In this document: positions 55,236 to 64,000 of the stretch, piece after piece
Position numbering within the stretch: position 1 is the stretch's first letter
Layout: every line of letters begins with the position of its first letter
Source: Chloroflexota bacterium
Lineage (GTDB): Bacteria > Chloroflexota > Dehalococcoidia > Lucifugimonadales > UBA2962
DNA: 64,000 bases
Direction of reading: 5' to 3'
NCBI GenBank assembly: GCA_002699485.1
Contig: PAAV01000049.1
Span: forward strand, 61,981-125,980
Program-made: the position numbers and the translations under genes
The notes under the pieces: generated by a model
Seen by the model: the letters and a program-made list of their open reading frames with translations, nothing else
The model's database searches: none
What the model was told of the DNA's origin: nothing

Positions 55236-56306
55236 ATGTTAGAAAAGATACAAACAATTAAAACCCGAATTAACGAGCTTGAAACAATGCTTGCAGACCC
55301 TGATTTAGTTAGTGACTTCAGTAAGTCTCAAGGTTTGCTAAGAGAACACGCCATGATCAAACCATTGGCAGAATTGTCAGAAGAATTCTCAATTGTTGTA
55401 GAACAGATAGATCAGCTCAAAAACATTATAAGAAACGATAGTGATAAGGAAGTCGTTGAACTAGCTAATTTAGAATTACCGGATCTTCAGGAAAAAAAAC
55501 TGAATCTTGAACAAGAACTGAGAATAGCTTTGCTTCCTAAAGATCCGAATGATTTCAAAAACGTGATTATGGAAATTCGAGCAGGCACAGGAGGAGAAGA
55601 AGCCTCCCTTTTTGCTGCAGATTTATATCGTATGTACTCTCGTTATTCGCAAAGAAGGGGTTGGCCATTAGAGATTTTGTCGACTAGTGAATCAGACACC
55701 GGTGGTGTGAAAGAAGTGGTGATTCAAATTAAAGGCGATGGAGCTTTTAGTATCTTGAAACATGAAAGTGGTGGACATAGAGTTCAGCGTGTGCCGGTGA
55801 CAGAGTCTAGTGGACGTATTCACACTTCTGCAGCAACTGTTGCTGTGTTGCCAGAAGCAGAAGAAGTAGACATAGAGATAAGAAATGAAGAACTCCAGAT
55901 CGATATATTTCATGCTAGTGGACACGGTGGACAAAGTGTTCAGAAGGTGGCAACAGCCGTAAGAATTAAGCACTTACCTACTGGCATTTTGGCTATTTGC
56001 CAAGATGAACGATCTCAGCACAAAAATAAAGAAAAAGCAATGGCAGTTTTAAGATCAAGAGTATACAAACAGGAATTGGAGCGACAACAAAAGGAAATTA
56101 GTGACGACAGAAAATCTCAAGTTGGTTCAGGAGACCGTTCTGAAAGAGTACGCACCTATAATTTTCCTCAACAAAGAGTAACTGATCACAGAACTAATAT
56201 GTCTCAATACAACCTTGATGAAGTACTGGATGGTGAACTTGAACCATTTATAAATGGTCTCATCGATCGGGAACAACAAATTAAGCTTGAAGAATCAGGA
56301 ATTTAA
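55236..56306 (+). CDS. prfA: Peptide chain release factor 1
   Basis: QRVPVTES (the PxT tripeptide of RF1), SGHGGQSVQK (GGQ) and ERSQHKNKEKA. Confidence 0.95.
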   Translation: MLEKIQTIKTRINELETMLADPDLVSDFSKSQGLLREHAMIKPLAELSEEFSIVVEQIDQLKNIIRNDSDKEVVELANLELPDLQEKKLNLEQELRIALLPKDPNDFKNVIMEIRAGTGGEEASLFAADLYRMYSRYSQRRGWPLEILSTSESDTGGVKEVVIQIKGDGAFSILKHESGGHRVQRVPVTESSGRIHTSAATVAVLPEAEEVDIEIRNEELQIDIFHASGHGGQSVQKVATAVRIKHLPTGILAICQDERSQHKNKEKAMAVLRSRVYKQELERQQKEISDDRKSQVGSGDRSERVRTYNFPQQRVTDHRTNMSQYNLDEVLDGELEPFINGLIDREQQIKLEESGI

Positions 56307-57156
56307 AGACCAAACTTTACGAGGCTTATGGCTAAAAGGTATTGATCGGTTAAAGAAATATTCAATAACTGATAGTGCCCTTGAATGTGAGTTGCTATTG
56401 AGATCAGCGCTTGGTTACACTAAAAGTGACTTTTACTCTCATTTGCCTGACGCTCTTCTTGAACAAGAGGTGCTGTTAATTGAAAGATTAATTGAACGAA
56501 GGTTGTTAGGTGAGCCGACGCCTTATATTTTGGGTTTCAAAGAGTTTTATGGGATAGAGTTTTATGTTTCCGAAGACGTGTTGATTCCCAGGCCCGAAAC
56601 CGAACTATTAGTTGATTTATCAATTGCTAAATTTAAAGATGGAGGTTTGATCGCTGATATAGGCACTGGGAGCGGCTGTATAGCCGTTTCGATAGCATCG
56701 CAATTACCTAATCTTAAGATAATAGCTGTAGATAAGAGTACTCATGCGTTACAGCTGGCAAGGAAAAATATCATGCTATACGACATGATCGGAAGAATTG
56801 ATTTAGTTAATTCGGACTTATTAACATCTTTCAAACCAGGATTAAAGTTTGATTTGATTGTTTCAAACCCGCCTTATGTGCCTGAAAATATTTATGAAAC
56901 ATTAGATAAAGAAATTAAACATGAACCAGAGATAGCATTAAATGGTGGGATTGATGGTTTGGATATTATTCGCTGTTTGGTTCAACAAGCAAATACATTA
57001 CTTTCTGATAGAGGAAGTTTGCTATTTGAGATTTTTTCTGACAATGCAAATGATGCATTGAGGTTAACGTCAGAATTAATGCCAATGTCGAAGATAACTC
57101 TGCATAATGACCTATTGGGTTTACCTAGGGTGATTGAAGTTCAAAAATTATTGTGA
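56254..57156 (+). CDS. prmC: Release factor glutamine N5-methyltransferase
   Basis: DIGTGSGCIAV (SAM binding) and NPPYV. Start uncertain: ATG 56254 overlaps prfA by 53 nt, and TTG 56287 is an in-frame alternative. Confidence 0.85.
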   Translation: MVSSIGNNKLSLKNQEFKDQTLRGLWLKGIDRLKKYSITDSALECELLLRSALGYTKSDFYSHLPDALLEQEVLLIERLIERRLLGEPTPYILGFKEFYGIEFYVSEDVLIPRPETELLVDLSIAKFKDGGLIADIGTGSGCIAVSIASQLPNLKIIAVDKSTHALQLARKNIMLYDMIGRIDLVNSDLLTSFKPGLKFDLIVSNPPYVPENIYETLDKEIKHEPEIALNGGIDGLDIIRCLVQQANTLLSDRGSLLFEIFSDNANDALRLTSELMPMSKITLHNDLLGLPRVIEVQKLL

Positions 57157-57180
57157 TGCTCGAGCTAGGTTGCTTGGTAA

Positions 57181-58320
57181 CTATCTTCCACCCATTTGGA
57201 AGTACTTACCCTCAGTTTTTATTGAAGGAGCTACTATCATATTTGCCTTTTGCATTTCTCTGATGTTAAATGCACCCACCATACCCATACATTCTTCCAA
57301 TGCCCCAATCAGGTTTTGAGTGCCATTAGTTTTTGAAGTTGGCCCAAAAAGGATCTGCTCTAATGGCCCTTGGGTGCCAACATTTACCCTGGTTCCTCTT
57401 GGTAGTCGCGGATGTGGCCCTGCCATTCCCCAGTTGTAACCCCCGCCAGGTGCTTCCTCTGACTGGGCTAAAGGGGATCCTATCATTATTGCATCTGCAC
57501 CTGAAACGAATGATTTACACACATCTCCACCTGTGCGTATACCGCCGTCAGTGATCACCGGTACATATCTGCCAGTTTGTTTTAAGTATTCGTCTCTTGC
57601 TGCAGAAACCTGTAAAGTTGCTGTAACTTGAGGTACGCCTACACCGGTTACTTCCCGAGTTGTGCATGCTGCTCCTGGCCCTACTCCAATTAATACGCCG
57701 TGTACCCCAGTATCCATTAATTCCAATGCAACGTTATATGACACACAGTTGCCCACTATTATAGGTATATCAATCAAATCAAGTAATTCTGAAAATATTA
57801 AACCTCGCTTTGATTTTGACACATGTCTCGCAGTAGTAACTGTAGATTGCACGAAAACCATGTCTGCGCCAGCTTCGGCAGCAAGTGGAGCCAACTTTTT
57901 AGTACTGGCGGGGGTTATTGATACAGCACATCTTGCTCCTGTTGATTTAATTTCTTGTACTCGTTCACCAACTAAATTAGGATCGACTTTGCCAGAGTAA
58001 ACTTCTTGGAGTACAGAAGTTACATCATTATCTGAGGCATCAATGATTCGTGATAGTGGTTCAGTTGGGTTAGCATATCTTGTTTGAATACCTTCTAAAT
58101 TCATTACGGACAAGCCACCAACTTTTTCCATATGTCCGGCAAATTCCGGAGAACCGATTGCGTCCATTGCAGAGGATATAACAGGTATTTTAAAAGTATG
58201 ACTGGTAATAGAGAATTCTGTATTTGTTTGATCAGGGTTAATCGTGATTTCGCCAGGCGCTATAGCTACTTCGTCGAATCCATATGCTCGGCTGAGTTCC
58301 TTAATTTCCGGAACGGACAT
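57181..58320 (-). CDS. IMP dehydrogenase-family protein without CBS domains (GuaB3-like)
   Basis: GVGPGAACTT loop, ITDGGIRTGGDVCK and IMIGSPLA. At 379 aa it is too short to contain a Bateman domain. Confidence 0.75.
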   Translation of the reverse strand: MSVPEIKELSRAYGFDEVAIAPGEITINPDQTNTEFSITSHTFKIPVISSAMDAIGSPEFAGHMEKVGGLSVMNLEGIQTRYANPTEPLSRIIDASDNDVTSVLQEVYSGKVDPNLVGERVQEIKSTGARCAVSITPASTKKLAPLAAEAGADMVFVQSTVTTARHVSKSKRGLIFSELLDLIDIPIIVGNCVSYNVALELMDTGVHGVLIGVGPGAACTTREVTGVGVPQVTATLQVSAARDEYLKQTGRYVPVITDGGIRTGGDVCKSFVSGADAIMIGSPLAQSEEAPGGGYNWGMAGPHPRLPRGTRVNVGTQGPLEQILFGPTSKTNGTQNLIGALEECMGMVGAFNIREMQKANMIVAPSIKTEGKYFQMGGR

Positions 58321-58504
58321 TGATTATCCCTCCAATCATTGTTATTTCTTGAAATAATAAAGAAGTTATAATCAAGGATATTCCCACGTGAGAAGGAAGG
58401 TCAACAGCAAATTTGTAAAAAATGGATCATTGCTAGTTGAATGTCAGATAAAAGGGCTAACCAATGACACATCTTGTGGAGATAGTAATGCATACTAAGT
58501 AATC

Positions 58505-59635
58505 ATGGTAAAACTTGAGAGACAGATAAAAAATTTAGGACTTAAATCAGGCTTCGATTTAGTTGGAATTACATCGGCAGAAAAGTTCGTACGTGATGAA
58601 CAAGTTAGTATTGCTCGAGTTAAATCTGGATTGATGGATGGCTTGTCTTGGTATACAGAGGATCGGGTTAAAAAAGCTAATGATCCTGGCATGCTCCTCG
58701 AGGATGCGCGATCCATAATCTCGTTAGCAGTGTCATACAACACGAGAGAGAATAAGAATAAAAACAAAATAACGGGAAAAATTGCACGGTACGCTTGGGG
58801 TGAAGATTATCATGATGTGATCAAACAAAGATTACGGTGTTTTGTGGAGGAATTGAAACTACTCGCTGGAGAAGATGTTAAAACAAGAATATTCGTTGAT
58901 GACGGCCCGATGAATGATAGAGCTGCAGCAGAAAGAGCAGGAGTTGGTTGGTTTGGGAAAAATACAAATATATTAACTCAGAACTTTGGCTCATGGGTTT
59001 TTTTATCTCAAGTCATTACGGACATTGAATTAGCACCTGATTTACCATTGAACAAGACTTGTGGGAGCTGCGTAATTTGTATAGAACAATGCCCGACTGG
59101 GGCAATTGTAGCTCCTTACGTAATCGATAACACAAAATGTATATCCTTTCTTACAATCGAACTTAGAGATTCAATACCACGTGACCTCAGGCATTTGATG
59201 GGAGACTGGATATTCGGATGTGACATATGCCAAGACGTATGTCCAGTTAACCGAAAAGCAGTGATCTCTTTAGATCCTAAATTTACTAAGCTACATGAAT
59301 TTTCAGCTATGGATTTAATCCCATTATTAGATTTATCCCAATTGGAATTCAATAAGATATTTAAAGATAGCGCTATAAAACGAGCAAAACTCTCAGGTTT
59401 TCAGAGGAATGTATGCGTAGCTTTGGGTAACATTGGTGATCCGGTAGCGGTGCCGGCTTTAAGAAAAGTGATTCAAACAGATTATCCTGATTTAGTCCGT
59501 TCCCATGCTGCATGGGCTCTTGGTCGTATCGGCGGCAAGAGTGCTATGGAAATATTAAACAGTCATGCAAATTCAGAGAAAAGTCCAGAAGTGCTAGAGG
59601 AAATTCAAGAAGCAATATGTTCCGGAGCATCCTAA
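58505..59635 (+). CDS. queG: Epoxyqueuosine reductase
   Basis: CGSCVICIEQCPTGAI and CDICQDVCPVN ferredoxin motifs, with C-terminal HEAT-like repeats (VRSHAAWALGRIGG). Confidence 0.9.
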   Translation: MVKLERQIKNLGLKSGFDLVGITSAEKFVRDEQVSIARVKSGLMDGLSWYTEDRVKKANDPGMLLEDARSIISLAVSYNTRENKNKNKITGKIARYAWGEDYHDVIKQRLRCFVEELKLLAGEDVKTRIFVDDGPMNDRAAAERAGVGWFGKNTNILTQNFGSWVFLSQVITDIELAPDLPLNKTCGSCVICIEQCPTGAIVAPYVIDNTKCISFLTIELRDSIPRDLRHLMGDWIFGCDICQDVCPVNRKAVISLDPKFTKLHEFSAMDLIPLLDLSQLEFNKIFKDSAIKRAKLSGFQRNVCVALGNIGDPVAVPALRKVIQTDYPDLVRSHAAWALGRIGGKSAMEILNSHANSEKSPEVLEEIQEAICSGAS

Positions 59636-59653
59636 AAAATAGTAAGTGAGCAG

Positions 59654-62503
59654 ATGTTAAATATCGACAATAGGATATCTCCTTTAAAAGAGACTTGGGT
59701 TGCCATTGATACGGAAACCACGGGACTCTCTGAAGATAAAGATTCAATTATAGAAGTGGGATGCGTAAAATTTGTTGGCGGGCGACATATGGAAACTTAT
59801 AGGTCACTCGTGAATCCAATGTCCATATTGAGTGATTTCACAACAAATTTTACTGGTATAACTCAAAACGAGGTTAATAGCGCCCCTGTATTTGAAGACA
59901 TAAAAGAACAGCTACGTGAATTTATCGGCGACGCTCCTGTAGTCGGGCATAATGTTCAATTTGACCTGGGCTTTTTGAATAAAAGTGGTCTGAAAATCGA
60001 TAATCCGGTTTCAGACACTTGGGACATGGCTTATGTTTTACTGCCTGGTATTAGTTCTTATTCACTTTCAAATATTGCGAAGGATTTAGATATAACCCAC
60101 GATAAAGCGCACCGAGCCTTGGAAGACGCAGCAGTAACGGCTCATGTTTTTAATTATTTATTGAAGTCAGCTGACAAATTGGAAGACGATATTTTATTTG
60201 AGCTAAATAGAACAGCGATCCAATGTGGTTCCAGATTGGCTTATGTCCTGTCTGGTCTTATGGCAAGCAGAAACAAGTCTGAAATTAAATCTCAACAAGT
60301 TATTGGATTTGATGTTGAGAAAATTCGTGCCAGGCTAACGAAAGAGTCTTCAATAAAAAAGATCGAACAAGCTACTCCGGTAGATCTAATGTTAATTGAG
60401 ACTGCTTTGTCCGCCAAAGGCAGTTTGTCGAACTCAATGTTGAGATTTGAAGAAAGACCTGAACAGCTGACGATGGCTAAAACGATAGCTGAGACCATAA
60501 ACTCAGGAATTGGAGATGATCAAACTCGATTAATCGTCGAAGCAGGCACAGGTGTAGGGAAGTCTCTTGCCTACCTACTTCCATCTGTTATTTATGCATT
60601 AAAAAACAATAAAAGAATTGTGGTATCAACCAACACTATTAATTTACAAGAACAATTATTAACAAAGGATATGCCTTTAGTGATTGAAGCCTTGAAAGAT
60701 ATAGATTCGATAGATGTTGAAAAACTGAGGTTTACACAGCTGAAGGGACGAGACAATTATCTTTGTTTAAATAAACTATTGCGAATGCGATTGACTGATA
60801 AACCGACATGGACAGAAGGTCGCTTAATATCGAAAGTTTTTGTTTGGTTGCGACAAACTAAAACTGGAGATAAATCAGAATTGAATTTGGGTTCTCGGGG
60901 AGCTTCAGCGGTATGGAGCAGGTTATCGGCTCAGGGAAGCGCCTTATGCAAAGGGATTAGTGGAGCATGCTTTCTCAGAAGCGCCAGGGATAAAGCCTCT
61001 TCGTCACACCTCGTGATTACTAATCATTCTCTACTGATGGCCGATATAGTTTCTGATGGATCTATATTGCCAGATTATGACATTTTAATAATCGATGAAG
61101 CTCATCATCTAGAGGATTCAGCTACTAGGCAACTTGGTTTTGAATTAAATGGAAACAACATAAACGACCACTTGACTCAAATAATGTCTGAAAAAGGAGC
61201 GTTACATACAGGGTTAAAACTATTTAAGGAGAATAAACTCAGCTTGAGTCGAATACAAACCTTAGGAAAGATATTATCGGATATTTCAGAGTTTATTCCT
61301 AAGGCTCGTGACTATACCGCCAGTTTACTTGCTAGTATTGAAAAAGTTGGAAGTGAAGTTCAAAATACCTCGTCATATAATACTAATATTATCTCTGACA
61401 TTAGAATTACTGCTGGAATTAGATCTCAGCCCGCATGGTCTGAGATTGAAATCGATTGGCAAAAGATAGACTTAGCGTTAGACAAAGTAGGTGATTTGCT
61501 TAATGAGGCTGTTGTTGCTTTAGGTAATACAAATCATGATGCGTGTGACAGGGTCTTAGACGAAGTAATAGATCTAATCCAATCCAATCAAGAGTTAAGG
61601 GGCCATCTTGAGGAATTCATTATTCATCCTTCTAAAGATGGTGTGTATTGGGTATCAAATGCTTCCTCAAATCGTAGTTCTAGAGAGAGAAGTATATCGA
61701 TACAATCAGCTCCCCTATATGTTGGTGATGTTTTATCCGAGTCAGTGTATTCAAAAACATCTACAGTAATTATGACAAGTGCAACATTGGCAACTGGAAA
61801 CAACTTTGACTATGTTACCGAACGTACCGGGTTTCAAGATTCAACTGAATTATTGCTTGGCTCCCCGTTTGATTATGCCGCGAACTCAGTATTATGTGTT
61901 CCAGAGGATATGCCCGAACCAAATCTACCTAATTATCAAGGTGCCATAAATAATGCTATAACTAACTCTGTAGTGGCTTCTCAAGGAAAAGCTATGGCCT
62001 TATTTACTTCATATAGTTCATTAAATAAAACTTATAAAGATATTAAAGACACACTCAAATCTTATGACATACAGGTTTTGGCCCAAGGCATAGATGGAAA
62101 TCCAAATAAAATTATTAGTCTTTTTCAGAAGAATCCACGATCATTGTTGCTTGGCACATCTAGTTTTTGGGAAGGGGTTGATCTCCCGGGGGAATCGTTG
62201 CAGCTGCTTCTACTAACGCGCTTACCATTTAATGTCCCAACTGATCCAATTTTTGCAGCTAGGTCAGATTGGTTTCAGGAACCATTCAAAGAATACGCGG
62301 TACCTCAAGCAGTAATCAGGTTAAGGCAGGGATTTGGCAGATTGATAAGGACAGAAACAGATCGAGGCGTGGCTGCAGTATTAGACAAAAGGATTCTCTC
62401 AAAAGGTTATGGCAAAGTATTCTTGGAATCTATGCCACCGGCCAGCGTTGTTAAGACCACAACTTTAGAGATGCCTAAGCTGATCGAACAATTTTTGAGT
62501 TAA
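59654..62503 (+). CDS. dinG: DnaQ-type 3'-5' exonuclease fused to a DinG/XPD-family ATP-dependent helicase
   Basis: Exo motifs AIDTETTGL, GHNVQFDLGFL and HRALEDA. Helicase motifs AGTGVGKSLAYLLP (Walker A) and IIDEAHHLED (DEAH). 949 aa. Confidence 0.85.
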   Translation: MLNIDNRISPLKETWVAIDTETTGLSEDKDSIIEVGCVKFVGGRHMETYRSLVNPMSILSDFTTNFTGITQNEVNSAPVFEDIKEQLREFIGDAPVVGHNVQFDLGFLNKSGLKIDNPVSDTWDMAYVLLPGISSYSLSNIAKDLDITHDKAHRALEDAAVTAHVFNYLLKSADKLEDDILFELNRTAIQCGSRLAYVLSGLMASRNKSEIKSQQVIGFDVEKIRARLTKESSIKKIEQATPVDLMLIETALSAKGSLSNSMLRFEERPEQLTMAKTIAETINSGIGDDQTRLIVEAGTGVGKSLAYLLPSVIYALKNNKRIVVSTNTINLQEQLLTKDMPLVIEALKDIDSIDVEKLRFTQLKGRDNYLCLNKLLRMRLTDKPTWTEGRLISKVFVWLRQTKTGDKSELNLGSRGASAVWSRLSAQGSALCKGISGACFLRSARDKASSSHLVITNHSLLMADIVSDGSILPDYDILIIDEAHHLEDSATRQLGFELNGNNINDHLTQIMSEKGALHTGLKLFKENKLSLSRIQTLGKILSDISEFIPKARDYTASLLASIEKVGSEVQNTSSYNTNIISDIRITAGIRSQPAWSEIEIDWQKIDLALDKVGDLLNEAVVALGNTNHDACDRVLDEVIDLIQSNQELRGHLEEFIIHPSKDGVYWVSNASSNRSSRERSISIQSAPLYVGDVLSESVYSKTSTVIMTSATLATGNNFDYVTERTGFQDSTELLLGSPFDYAANSVLCVPEDMPEPNLPNYQGAINNAITNSVVASQGKAMALFTSYSSLNKTYKDIKDTLKSYDIQVLAQGIDGNPNKIISLFQKNPRSLLLGTSSFWEGVDLPGESLQLLLLTRLPFNVPTDPIFAARSDWFQEPFKEYAVPQAVIRLRQGFGRLIRTETDRGVAAVLDKRILSKGYGKVFLESMPPASVVKTTTLEMPKLIEQFLS

Positions 62504-62510
62504 CAAGATT

Positions 62511-63434
62511 TTGTTAATTAGAATTGAGTCGCCCTTTAATCTGGAATCAACATTAGACAGTGGTCAAGCATTTCGATGGAAAAATCGAAGTGACTATTTT
62601 GAAGGTGTGCTAGACAAATCGATTATTCTGATAAAGCAAATTACCGACGGACTAGAATTCGAATCTTTTCCTCAAAGTGAAAAAGAGCTTAAACCTCAGC
62701 TGAAGTATTATCTGTCTTTGCATGATGATTTGGAAATTATATTGAAATCAATTGCTGTAGACCGAAACATCCAATCGTATATTGATCAATACAAAGGTAT
62801 GAGAATCTTGAAACAAGATCCTTGGGAATGTCTAATTTCATTCATATGTTCCTCTAATTCTAATGTGTTGAGGGTCAAGCAAAATGTTGAAGACATGTCT
62901 GCAGCTTACGGAGAAAAGATTGAAGCTTTTGGAAGTATAAGACACACTTTTCCCTCCCCGAAACAATTGGAAAATGCCAGTATCCCTATTCTTAGACAGC
63001 TTAAGCTCGGTTATAGAGCAGAGTATATCTATGAAGCTGTAAAATTGGTCTCACAACATGTAATCAACCCATGGGCATTATTAGAAGAACCTTATGAAGA
63101 AGCCCTAATTACCCTAACTAAAATACCTGGTGTTGGGGATAAAGTCGCGAATTGCATAATGTTGTTTTCTATGGGTAAGGATGACGCTTTTCCTGTCGAT
63201 GTTTGGATTGATCGGATTATCAAAGAACTTTATCCTGAAGAACTAGATGATTATATTCAAAGAAAATATTTAAATCAGTTGGCAAATAAAAAGAGAACTA
63301 AAAATAGGCTCAAAAACCCATCGGTCAACAGAATGATTATAAAAGATTGGGCTAGGGAATATTTTGGGGATTATGCTGGATGGGCCAATCATTACATGTT
63401 TCACGAGAGACGTAAAAGATTACTGCGCAGTTAA
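62511..63434 (+). CDS. ogg: 8-oxoguanine DNA glycosylase/AP lyase (OGG1 family, HhH-GPD)
   Basis: LDSGQAFRW N-terminal signature, IPGVGDKVANCIMLF (HhH with catalytic Lys) and FPVDVWI (Asp). Starts 7 nt after dinG. Confidence 0.8.
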   Translation: MLIRIESPFNLESTLDSGQAFRWKNRSDYFEGVLDKSIILIKQITDGLEFESFPQSEKELKPQLKYYLSLHDDLEIILKSIAVDRNIQSYIDQYKGMRILKQDPWECLISFICSSNSNVLRVKQNVEDMSAAYGEKIEAFGSIRHTFPSPKQLENASIPILRQLKLGYRAEYIYEAVKLVSQHVINPWALLEEPYEEALITLTKIPGVGDKVANCIMLFSMGKDDAFPVDVWIDRIIKELYPEELDDYIQRKYLNQLANKKRTKNRLKNPSVNRMIIKDWAREYFGDYAGWANHYMFHERRKRLLRS

Positions 63435-64000
63435 AGCTCCATCTATAGATAGACACGAACCGGTGACATATGATGATGCATCAGACCATAAAAATGTAAC
63501 TAATCCAGCAATACTTTCTGGAGTTCCTAATTGTTTGATTGGGTGAAAATCTCGTGCTTTTTTCCACGCTTCAGAATTTTTACCATATGTTTGATTGAAC
63601 ATAGGAGTTTCCACACCGCCAGGACAAACGGCATTTATGCGGATTCCTTTATCGGCGTAGTCTAAAGCAGCGCTTTTTGTCAGTCCGTTCAAACCATGTT
63701 TATTAGCAGTGTAAGTAGTAAAACCTTTTGTGCCAATTAACCCATTTGCAGAGGACATATTGACAATGCTTCCGCCACCTTTAGATAACATATGTTGAAT
63801 TTCATGCTTCATGCATAAAAATGGCGCAGTTAAATTTACTGACATCATATGATTCCAAATATCAGAATCGATTTCGTGTATAGGTAATTGTGGTCCGCCT
63901 GTGGCTGAGTTATTACAAGCCAAATCAACTTCGCCGTATTTTTCTATCGTTTTTTCAAACAAACTGTCAATTTGTTTCGGATCTGACATGTCTGCCTTTA
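63420..64000 (-). CDS. SDR-family oxidoreductase, C-terminal part (5' end outside window)
   Basis: NNSATGG (NNAG-like), the YTANK catalytic YxxxK and NAVCPGGVETPM. The Rossmann TGxxxGxG segment is missing, so the gene continues beyond base 64000. It overlaps the ogg 3' end convergently by 15 nt. Confidence 0.85.
   Translation of the reverse strand, partial: KADMSDPKQIDSLFEKTIEKYGEVDLACNNSATGGPQLPIHEIDSDIWNHMMSVNLTAPFLCMKHEIQHMLSKGGGSIVNMSSANGLIGTKGFTTYTANKHGLNGLTKSAALDYADKGIRINAVCPGGVETPMFNQTYGKNSEAWKKARDFHPIKQLGTPESIAGLVTFLWSDASSYVTGSCLSIDGALTAQ

Noticed and set aside
56254-56306. 53-nt prfA/prmC overlap as a second dual-coding region.
   Set aside because: Unlike the yidC/jag case, the overlapped PrmC residues (MVSSIGNNKLSLKNQEF) match no conserved domain, and an in-frame TTG at 56287 exists. 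Start-codon over-extension is the simpler explanation.
1-64000. Scan for CRISPR arrays, tRNA/rRNA genes, transposases, integrases, toxin-antitoxin pairs or known defence-system genes.
   Set aside because: No intergenic region exceeds 267 nt. I saw no regularly spaced repeats or cloverleaf-like sequences, and every large ORF was assigned to a metabolic, housekeeping or membrane family. A by-eye scan cannot fully exclude small RNAs.

Overview
AT-rich, very compact chromosomal segment. I call 57 protein-coding genes, two of them cut by the window edges. Summing the gaps between calls gives about 3.0 kb of intergenic DNA, so roughly 95 percent is coding. I recognised no rRNA, tRNA, CRISPR array, transposase, integrase or phage gene. 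The backbone is housekeeping: folD, queA, ilvE, moeA, pheS-pheT, rph, rpmH-rnpA-yidD-(beta-propeller)-yidC-jag, serS, ftsY, mutS, rpsT, rel, hisS, prfA-prmC, queG, a DnaQ-DinG fusion helicase and ogg. Between these sit many small catabolic or redox modules: a phosphotriesterase-like hydrolase, two SelA-fold PLP enzymes, an Ldh2-family dehydrogenase, D-aminoacylase-like and amidohydrolase_2 hydrolases, a PhyH dioxygenase, an LLM flavoenzyme, two crotonases plus an acyl-CoA ligase, MDR and SDR reductases, and a split D-glutamate-cyclase-like pair. The most unusual block is 33618..40726. It holds a giant Chlor_Arch_YYY (DUF2298) membrane protein, an Agl23-like (TIGR03663) GT-C-like membrane protein, a flippase-like UPF0104 protein and a translationally coupled FAD oxidoreductase. 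This looks like an archaeal-style lipid-linked glycan set of unknown function. Next to it (40809..46754) is a translationally coupled NuoEFG/FdsGBA-like trio whose large subunit appears to lack the Cys/Sec-His formate dehydrogenase active site, followed by an Fpr-type ferredoxin-NADP reductase. Other notable points are a 110-nt dual-coding overlap between the basic YidC tail and the Jag N-terminus, a BamB-like propeller lipoprotein inside the insertase operon, and a LysR-divergent 50-aa basic peptide with its own promoter-like signal, SD and terminator. The ftsY leader also carries an upstream mini-ORF. Lineage is inferred only: the YYY/TIGR03663 pair, the small Gram-positive-type YidC and the load of LLM/PhyH/crotonase paralogs fit a marine Chloroflexota (SAR202/Dehalococcoidia-like) genome. 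Many genes start with TTG or GTG and are joined by 1-8 nt overlaps (TAATG, TTGA, GTGACTGA, ATGAGTGA), which suggests translationally coupled operons. All functional calls rest on motif recognition by eye; no database search was run.
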